Part shown: positions 27,590 to 37,070 of the stretch, one piece after another
How positions within the stretch are numbered: position 1 is the stretch's first letter
How the letters are laid out: every line of letters begins with the position of its first letter
Origin: Bigelowiella natans CCMP2755
Taxonomy: Eukaryota; Protista; Cercozoa
Reading direction: 5' to 3'
Assembly (NCBI GenBank): GCA_000320545.1
Contig: ADNK01003516.1
Location: forward strand, 1-55,715
DNA length: 55,715 nucleotides
Program-made: the position numbers and the translations under genes
The notes under the pieces: model-generated
Seen by the model: only the letters and a program-made list of their open reading frames with translations
Database searches by the model: none
Told to the model about the DNA's origin: nothing

Positions 27590-30500
27590 TTACGAGGCTT
27601 CATGGTACGTATTAAGGCCACAGTTGAATACATCGAGACAGTCATTGGTTTTCCAGTAGGCCTCCTCCTTAGGCAAAATAAATAATGCTATTAAGACTTT
27701 TAGCACGAAATATTATGTATAAATATGTACTTGGTAATGGAGAGGGTCTTCGATGATTGTCTTCTTTACGACCTGAAACTAAAGGTTACCATGGTTTTTA
27801 ATACTCTGAGCAAATTTAGTACCCCGAACGTAATTTTGACTGGTTGATTTTTTAGCTTCTGAAGTTCTGTCACAACAAATCTGGGAAGATGGATCACTTA
27901 TCACATTTTACGCCCTCGCACGCATATTAAAAGGAAGAGTTAAAACATATGGTTACGATACTTCAGTGGGGTATCAGGTTTACTGATATCTACTCCATTG
28001 ATATTGAGGATTCCTGATAAAGGAATTCATTATATCTGTAACGAAATTATTTGAAACAATACATACCTGAGCCTGCAGGAATTCCCTTCGACAAAAGCTC
28101 TGTCAACGTATATAAAATAACTATATTCAATGAGAAAACTGGAAAAATACTGCCAACACACCTGTATTTGTGGTGGGAATACATACGTATCGATAAATGT
28201 TTGATTTCGGTAGATCTCCCTTCCCAGCAACCTTCCGTAATTATCACAATAAATCAACCTTTAGAAGTATGTCACTTGTGTGATGTTGTAACTGATGTTT
28301 TAAATGACCTCAATTCTGAAGCCTAGTGGACGGTTCTTAAAGACAAAATTCTTCTTATGCACCTTCAGCACTCTTTCCTCTGCCTAAAAGAGATAACTAA
28401 ACTGTATATAATTTTACAAAGGTGCTATGCATGTTTGCTTTTATTTCTGGAGAAAACAAGAATCTCTGAAAATTAACCTTTGCTTCAGTATCTGGCAACG
28501 ACTAGCACCCAAAATATGGATATAGAGATTGAGAGCTTTAAATTAGAAGTTGTATCATTTTACTACTCACGTTTGTATTTGATTCAGCTACTCCACTGTT
28601 CGATCGATTCTTTTGACCCTTCAGATTACGTGTTTAATGTTTTTAATTGCAATTTGGTATAACTTGTAACGAGTCTCACATGTTCCTGTTTGTCATCGTC
28701 AATTATCGCTCTCCTCATCTTTCTTTAAGTGGTTAGTACACATTCAAAAAGTAATAAACATGTGTTCATTATGAACCCTTAATCTTTAGTGAGGTACAGT
28801 TTTGATGTCGATATGTTGAATTGTAATTGATCCTCCATCTAAAAATGAAACATGGATCAATGTTTAAATCAAAATGACTATTTGTCCTTAACCTCGCGAA
28901 TGAGAACCCTCAATGCGGTGTGAGATACCTCCTTCGTCTCAGAAATACTATGTAACTGTAAATGAGAAAGTATCAATATAACGAAATTACACATAGGGAA
29001 AAGTCGCACATTTTTCTGCTTCCTAAAAGCTATAGTAGCAAAGAAGATTCCCGATGACAATTCCACTTATTTGCATTCAACAAATATGTAAGACGTGAAT
29101 ACTTCATATTTTTAACAAATTCTACCGGTATTATTAACACAACAAGTGTACTCGTCGGAAACCTTTAGGATCTGTATGAGCACAGAGTAATTATCTATTG
29201 TAGGACTGTACTTCTAAGCTGATACTTTCATTTCTGGCTGATTAGCAACTCCGAGACGTGAAACCGAGTAGTCGCTGAGGACTGTGTAGGCTCTTTTCTT
29301 TGTGTTTCGTTGAAAAATATGTTAGTTGTTTTGCATCTAACACCCAAAAAAAGATTTCAAAATCACCTTTGGGTTTTCGGAGCCTAATAATTGGAATTCT
29401 GATGTCCTGATAGTTGCATAGGAGCATAGGAGTTCAGTTTACAAAATGGGAAGGCCTCGTAGATAACAATACTCTTTCTGCTCATTGATCTTGTGTGAGA
29501 TAGAATGAAGAGATGCCTAGGAGGGAATAATTTTACTGTTCTTAAAATGTAGACTGCAAGAACTTCACCTCGTATCCTTCCAAGACGAGTTCACACTCCT
29601 ACATATTATTAAATCATTAAATGAGTCTCAAAAGTATATTATATCTGAAGGCAGGTAAAACCTTGTTTCTATGAATAAAGACTCCACCGACATTAGCCTC
29701 CACATTTTTGGACATCATCTCCTTCAAATTCAGTTAAGAAAAATTATAAATTTACATCTGCGAAGTGTGACATCCTCTTTTATACTACTTTTCCAATCTT
29801 ATGGGCAACTTCTCCATTCTCGACGCAAAACCTTACATCACTAAATTCGAATCAGGATGATGAATGAAAATGTAAAGTTACACCTGAAATGGATTCGAGA
29901 GATATTATCGGGTGTGCTACTTTTAATTTCATTCTGAAAATCAGGAGATTTTGCAAGAACCATGCCTGTAACATCGATGCACAATGCACATATTGTTATT
30001 ATTAACAGGGTTTTCTAACTTATTCTCACCGCCCCATTTTGAGTAGAATCTTGAGAGAGGAAATCTGTGGACCAAAAAAAATACCTTTAGATTCAACTAC
30101 AAGAAAGATTCACTCTAACAACTCAAGTACTCTTCTCGTTCAATGATGAAATTCCCGTGCCTTGTGTCTTGGGCAATTTTCTATTTCATTAAACAAGTTT
30201 TATGAAGGAATATCAAAAAGATTTTTTTGGAAAGCTAGACATTGACAAGAGAGTTGACAGATAGGTAACGGCCTTCGAGTATCTGAATTACAAGTTCTTG
30301 AATAATTTTATGCGAGAGATTATTTTTGGTGGATACCTGTCGAATTTCACGTGTTTTCCAATTTACCCTAAATCCAGCAACAAATCAATACTTTCATATT
30401 TGATCGCAAAAGAAGGCTTTGTTTACCACAAAGCACCACCAACATCGATGCTTTTATTGAACGAATTCGAGCTTGATATTATTTTCTCAATAGCTTCCAT

Positions 30501-30752
30501 ATGAACATATCTTCGCAACTATAATAACAAGCTAATGAATAAAATTGATACAAGAGGACCAAAGAGCATTTTGATGCAGATAGTACCTTCGAGCGATATG
30601 TTAGACGAAACCATTCTACGTTGGTAGGAAATGGGAATTGGGATATCTACTTATCCACAAAATGAACAGTAAGTACCTTTTCCAGTCAGATATCCAGGCA
30701 TGAACCTTGGGCCTACGCCTGAGTGCTTTTCGCTTGAGCCGCAAATCCCCAT
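27590..30752 (-). CDS. BLUF-BLUF(degenerate)-PDZ protein, paralogue A (~28 short exons, N-terminal MGICGS acylation motif)
   Basis: Spliced: MGICGSSEKHSGVGPRFMPGYLTGK|EWFRLTYRSK|LRRYVHMEAIEKIISSSNSFNKSIDVGGALW|VNWKTREIRQ|ILEGRYLSVNSLVN|KIAQDTRHGNFIIERE|EFPLSRFYSKWG|GMVL (BLUF) ... KNFVFKNRPLGFRIE ... ELLSKGIPAGS|GILNINGVDIS ... QPVKITFG (PDZ) ... NDCLDVFNCGLNTYHEAS*. All introns used are GT-AG with consistent phases. Confidence 0.88.
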
Positions 30753-31199
30753 TTGAGCTTGTGGGATATGATAGACTAGAATCTACACTCTTCTATTTGA
30801 GTGACCATCAGGCCATGCTACCTTGTGCATGTCAAAGTGAGGGGTAGGGTTAGTTCACAAGCTTGAAAGTACCTCTTAAGTACAACAAATAAATTGCGGA
30901 ATAGAACAAACTCTAATAACCCAATATTTCGCTATGCTTGTCCTTTTGGATATGCGACAAGACTATCTCACCCTTTTGTGCGCTTTTGCCTCAAGAATAT
31001 ACTTTAAAAACTTCAATGGTGACACGTTCCTTCGTTTCCTTCGGCATGAGCGAGCTTATTGGTCCCGTCCCGGATCTTTTCGGTATTTCGTTGAACTGCT
31101 CTTTGTTCTTCACTGTTGCTCAAAATCCACACCCCTCGAGGTACAGCTATTGAAGAAGCAAGGTGAAAATTAAATTTTGTTCCCTGTTGTGCAGGATCC
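30753..31199. promoter_or_regulatory. Putative bidirectional promoter/5' UTR region between the two BLUF-PDZ paralogues
   Basis: 447 bp between the divergent ATGs at 30752 (-) and 31200 (+). Position only; no motif identified. Confidence 0.5.
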
Positions 31200-34100
31200 A
31201 TGGGAATTTGCAACTCGAGTAATCATCACGGATTGGGTCCAAGGTTTATGCCTGCTTCGCTTACAGGGAAAGGTAAGATTTTGCCTTGCTGTGAAATTTC
31301 TCGAAGAAACCACAAGCCGTTTTTCACATTTTCTAGAATGGTTCCGTTTGACATACCGTTCAAAGGTAATTACAATTTTTCATAAATCACCTATGTCAAA
31401 TCATAAATATTAGTTCTTCTTCGTATGTAGTTGCAAAGCTATGTATCGATGGAAAGTATAGAAAGGATCATCAAAATCTCGGACAAAAATAACAAAGCCA
31501 TAGACGTTGGTGGTGCTTTGTGGTAATGACAAACATCTTTAACTCCCTGTTCTCTCTCATGGTTCCAAACTTTCCATTGCATTTAGGGTCGATATGAATA
31601 CAAGAGAAATCCGACAGGTGGGCTTCCGATAAATTCAATTAAGAATCTGATTTTTGGTTTCCGAAGATTCTTGAAGGGCGTTATCTTGCAGTGAATTCTC
31701 TTGTAAATGTCAGTAGTCATTTATATAATTTGATCAAGGGAACTCTCAAACGTTCTCAAACGTTACCTTTCACTATCAGAAAATTGCTCAAGACAGAAGG
31801 CACAAACATTTTGTTATCGAACGAGAAGAGTAAATAGCTTTAATCAAATTATGTTTCAAGATACTTAAAATTAACTCGCAAACAACGTGTGCTGAAGGTT
31901 TCCTCTCTCAAGATTCTATTCTAAATGGGGAGGTAAACAGATCCACTATCTACCATTTGAAATTAGAATTGCCTTGTGTTGCATAGGAATGGCACTTGCA
32001 CAGTCGCCTGATTTTCAACAGAACATCGAAAACAAAATTCAGCAATCTCTTGTAAGATCCCATTACGGGTAGGTGGCCAATATTTTAGTTCAAAATCATT
32101 GGGTTAGTTCTGAAATCTTCCATTCTACTTCACGCAAGTTATATAATGGCTAATATGGTCCAGATTTGTGGTCACCGATGAGAGAGTATCCGACGAGATA
32201 GCCAATGTAAATTATTACAACTCTCAAACATTTGCAAACCTGAAGCAATTTATTAATTGATCTAGCTCATGATAAGCAAGAACGTTAATTTAAATATTGG
32301 AGGGATCTTTATTTATCGGAAAAAGGTTTGATTTTCAAATGTAAATTAAGATATGGGTACTCAAAAATTAACATTGAGATTATACCAGGATTGTGAACTT
32401 ATAATGGAAGGAGATAAGGTCAGATTCAGATTGGTATTGCAATTATGTGGCAAAAAATAATTATTTTGCAGAAATCTGTTGAGGCTATATCACGCAAAAT
32501 CAACGAACTGAAAGAGTTAAATTTATTTGTCGTATACCAGACAATGCATAACTTTTGTTCTTTTCGTAAATAGAACAACAGAATTTCGATTGCTCGGGAC
32601 TGAAAGACCTAATGTATTTTACGTAAAATTATACACATATGTGTATATACACATATACAATGTGCATCTATGTCAAAACGACAATTATTCCAACTTTAGA
32701 CACGGTCCTACACGGTTCTTAGCGAGTTTTCTGTAGCTCGCCTTGCTCTCGCAGATCAGCCAGAGATGCAGGTAACTAGAATCAACATACATTTAAAGTA
32801 TTTTTAATAAGATATTATCTTGCAGATAAAAAATGTTGCTGAAGACTACAATTGTGTTGTAAATAATACTGGTCTGGCTAACACGTTCAAAATAAGAAAA
32901 CCTGCCATACATCATTGTTGTTTGAATATTTAGCCATCCATTGTCTACTTCCCCTAATTTCGCTTGTATTATGTTACTTGTTGTGATAAAGTTGAAATGT
33001 TCACTGGAATCTTCTTCGCGACGTTGAACTTCAGAGGATACGAGGTTTTTCGGTTTGAATTTGGGAAACACAAGTTTTATGATTACTGTACTACATCAGA
33101 ACCGATTCCAATCCGATTCACATGAATACAGCACTCCTCTAAGGACTTTGATACGTGAGGTGTAGTATTTGTTAAAAGCTAGTATTGATCCTCTTTTTCA
33201 GCATAATGTTTATATTTGTATTGTCAGATGGAAGATCAATTCCAATTCAATATTAGCACGTCAAAATTGTATTCCTAAAACATTCTTCCATTTCTCGTTA
33301 GATTTGCTAAATTATTTTTCATATATCTAGGAAGATGAATAGATCTATGAATCAGGTGAATGAAAAGCATGAAAGCAATTTGAGTTCACCCATAAACTTA
33401 AAAATTATTTCAGCAAGGGGATAGTAAGAAAGAATCAAATGTTCAACGTTCAAGTTTTTCAAATACTTCGATGAATACAAATGTATGTTTGAGATACGCT
33501 TACCATGATAATAAACCTACGAATTCACTTTGACTATCTTTTAGGCTGAGCCAGGACTCGAGGAGGGTTCGGTGAGATATAGCTGTATTTCCAATAAAAT
33601 TGATTTTTGTAAGTAAAATGTACGTAGGTTCAATGTGAGAAAAGAGTCTCAAAACTGAAGAAAAAATCCTTCACATTCAAAAACCGCCCACTTGGGTTTC
33701 GAATTGAGGTACAAATATCCACACTTGTTGGGAAAGCAGTACTATACTCACTTCTTATATGTTAAATTCTCAGGTTGCGGGAAGTGGAAACCTCCCAAAA
33801 TCGGACAAGTTCAGATATGTGTGCATTCCTACAACAAACACTGGTCAACACACTGCTAAATATTAAACGAAATGTAAATGATATAATTTCATCTGTTACA
33901 ATAGAAATGTTATCCAAAGGAATTCCTCCTGGTTCTGGTATTATCCGTCTCTGTAATAGAAAAAAATAGTGGTTGAATTCAGAAAAAAATGTTGCAAGGT
34001 ATTCTCGAAATCAATGGAGTGGACATCAGCGATCCGAATACTCAATTAAAGTTCTTTGAATTACAAGGGATTATAACAACAATAAATTGATTGATTAAAT

Positions 34101-34377
34101 AATATAAATTCTTCCAGATTCGTGATTGCTGAACTTCAAAAATCAAAAGACAAACCGGTGGACATAACATTTGGGGTAATCCTTACATCGTCATTGTCAA
34201 ATCACCTTTCAGAACACACATGTACTATTATTGTCGATTTGAAAGGTTGTAAAAAAAGTTCTCCCTGAGGGTCAACTTAGACAGGTAAAGCACAATGCAG
34301 AATTTTTCCTCGAATATGTGTTCACAAAATCTTTGTGAAAGGAAAATGATTGCCTTCTTCCTGGCTGCGCTTCTTGA
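31200..34377 (+). CDS. BLUF-BLUF(degenerate)-PDZ protein, paralogue B (~28 short exons, ~470 aa, N-terminal MGICNS acylation motif)
   Basis: Spliced: MGICNSSNHHGLGPRFMPASLTGK|EWFRLTYRSK|LQSYVSMESIERIIKISDKNNKAIDVGGALW|VDMNTREIRQ|ILEGRYLAVNSLVN|KIAQDRRHKHFVIERE|EFPLSRFYSKWG|GMAL (BLUF Tyr, Asn, Gln, DxRH, Trp and Met present) ... KSFTFKNRPLGFRIE ... EMLSKGIPPGS|GILEINGVDIS ... KPVDITFG (PDZ) ... ENDCLLPGCAS*. Confidence 0.88.
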
Positions 34378-34499
34378 GATCACCAGGTTACAGTTCGAGC
34401 AATGAAATCAACTACGCTGTCTGCCATGTCGCCCAAAAATAGATCAGGTGTTGAATCCTGGTAATTAACACATGAAGAAAATAGACGATCCTGCACTAC

Positions 34500-34960
34500 G
34501 CATGGCTGATGAGGAAGCTGTTCAGATCAAGTCATTGTTCATTTTGCCAGCTAGCGAAGGACTCGCGCATCCATCTGATTCTCTTTGTTTGTTCAACTCT
34601 GCTGTATTTCCCATCTCCTGTTCCGAAGAATTCCTGATCTAGCATGCAAAAATGAACACGCACCTTGCTAGCTTGTGAACACCAATGAAAACGGTGCGAC
34701 GAGTTGAGATGCATGTACATGCATGCTAGCATGCACCATTCGAAACGAGGCTGCAGCATGATCGATGACATCTCATGCAGGGCTAGAGGGGCAGCACTGT
34801 CATGGTGCACTCCTACGCACATGCATGCATCGCATTCTAGCATTGCATCATCACACACAGCTCTCAATGTTCACATTGTGGTCAAATGTTGCGACATGCA
34901 CTGTTGAAAGCGTGGCCGACAATGCCCCATTATTACCTAGCGCTACGTGCATGAGATGAT
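34500..34960. other. CATG/TGCA/CTAG-rich intergenic block at a convergent gene junction
   Basis: 16-bp palindrome TGCATGCTAGCATGCA at 34720-34735, many GCTAGC/ATGCAT words and residual actcgcgc near 34561. Confidence 0.7.
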
Positions 34961-35129
34961 GCGCAACCACTAGTAGAACAAGTAGCACGACGACTATCGA
35001 GCGGAAGAAAACAGCCACCCCGAATAATGCATCTCATCAGTGTCGGTATTTAGCAATCCTACAATGTTACTCCATACATGTGTGAGGTATCAGGGAACAG
35101 GTCGCACGATTAGATTATATGCACCAATC

Positions 35130-36132
35130 TCAACTCTTCTCCTCTGGCCATCTCCATATCCTAATGGTTCCATCAACAGATCCCGATGCAAAGCTACCAT
35201 CTGGAGAGAATGCTAAACTGTTTATTGGACCATGGTGGCCCTTATTGCATGCAACTTCTTTTTCAGATTTGAAATCATAACGCCTCACCCATAATTCTTT
35301 AACAGACCCCAACACTAGCCGATTTCTTTCTGTATCAACAGCCACGGACATAAGCTCCCTATCAGTTTTCATCTCCTTCACTAAATCGAAGGTCTTCATG
35401 TCCCAAAAGAATGCAGAGTTCCCTGCAGTTGCGCACATTAGCGACGAGTCTAACGAATAACCCAGATCCGTAATGACTCCGCTTGTTTCCAGAGACTTGA
35501 CATGTTTTAATGTTCTAGTGTCCCATACCTTAATCATTTTTTCTTTGTCATCACTACTCACAATAAGAGACTCGCTGGGCGTGAGAAGGTATTGAATTTT
35601 TGCTCGCTTATCCTCACAGATTGTGGGTTCTGCCTCTGGTTTCTTGAGATCGTAGATTCGAATCTTTCCTTCGTGTCCGGCGGTGAAAATCTTGGAATCG
35701 TCCTTCGAAAATGTTGTTGCACGGACAATGTGACGGTGTTCAAATGTGTGTAAAAGCTGGCCTGTAACAGCGCACCAATAATTGGCTGAAAAGTCCGCAG
35801 ATGCGGTAACAGCGCGGGTTGCGTTGCTGTTGAGACGCGCGCACCACACTGCACCGTTGTGTCCAACAAATGACCCGATCCAATCGCCTGTGGTACGCAT
35901 GTGTCAATGAGAAAGAAATCATAGAAAGATTATTAACTATACCTGTAGTGCCGTCTCTGAGCATTGGTCTATTATCCAAGCACGAGCTAATCATGAATAG
36001 TCCATCTTCCGCAGTGTTTTTAAATTCAATCTGCGGTATAGGTCTCGAGTGCCCTTTACATATGATTGTAGCTACCGCAGAATTGTTTTCGTTCTCGTTA
36101 ACATCGTTGGTTCCTGGCGATGAGGTGGCCAT
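35130..36132 (-). CDS. STRAP: Serine-threonine kinase receptor-associated protein (STRAP/UNRIP), WD40 repeat
   Basis: ICKGHSRPI...FMISSCLDNRPMLRDGTTG|DWIGSFVGHNGAVW...ATRAVTASADFSA...KGHHGPINSLAFSPDG...SGSVDGTIRIW. Single 55-nt intron at 35888-35942. Confidence 0.93.
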
Positions 36133-36314
36133 AGGGACTTGCGATTCGATTCTTATCAGATTGATATTCTGCATAATTTAAGCGCAAATAATGGAAATGT
36201 CCGCGTTTCAATCATGATTTACCTGTGATAGTCCAAATTCTTCCAAGTAATTCGATACTTTCCACGTCGCTGTCAGGTAAATGGGATGAGAAGAATGAAA
36301 AAGCCGCAACAGAG

Positions 36315-36995
36315 ATGCGTGGAGAATCTCAGGAGTTCCAAATGGAGTTCCGAACTAATGATGATGGCTTTGACGTCGTTCGATCCCTGGTATTGTGTTG
36401 TTTGTTCGTGACTACCGGCACGCAATGATGATCTTGAGTGAAAGCGACATAGGTGGGGATCAGTCGCAAGAGATAAATGAATGAAGTTAATGATCTTTTC
36501 CTGACAAAAATAATCTACATTATTATTTTCCAATTCTTATTATTTCCCAAACGAAGTGTTCTTGAGCTGCTGCTTGCTCACATGCTTCATTCGTAATTGA
36601 CACTGAACCCTCACCACCACAAACCTGCTAGGGAAAAATGGTGGGAACGCCTAAGAGAGGTCTTCAAGACACAAAACATTGTCGCAATAGAAGCGAAAAT
36701 TCTCAACGGAGGCATGTAAGTTAAAGAATACTAAAAATGCTCTAATCGACGGCTGATGATGCTTCGTACATAGGTTCTTCATCTCGAACCAGGAGGAATA
36801 CAAGACGCACTACAAAGTAGGAATGCACTATTCTAAAATGAATGCAAAACTCGAGTTTAATGTTTTGAAAATTAGATACTGAGCCTGAGAAGATTCGCAA
36901 TGAGGAAGACTGTAGTTTCAAAACAGGAAAGCGTTCAGAACTCCATTCGAAATTATGCAGTTTAAATTATATTTGCATGTATAATAACTTTTGTT

Positions 36996-37070
<75 letters not shown>

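Noticed and set aside
27590-34377. Functional photoactivated adenylyl cyclase (PAC)
   Set aside because: There is no complete class III cyclase domain: the catalytic Asp residues and GD motif are absent, and the C-terminus is PDZ-like.
27560-34500. Transposon with terminal inverted repeats, endogenous virus or pseudogene (ORF-less, inverted symmetry)
   Set aside because: The symmetry is confined to exons of two intact, phase-consistent spliced paralogues. No transposase, TIR or TSD is visible.
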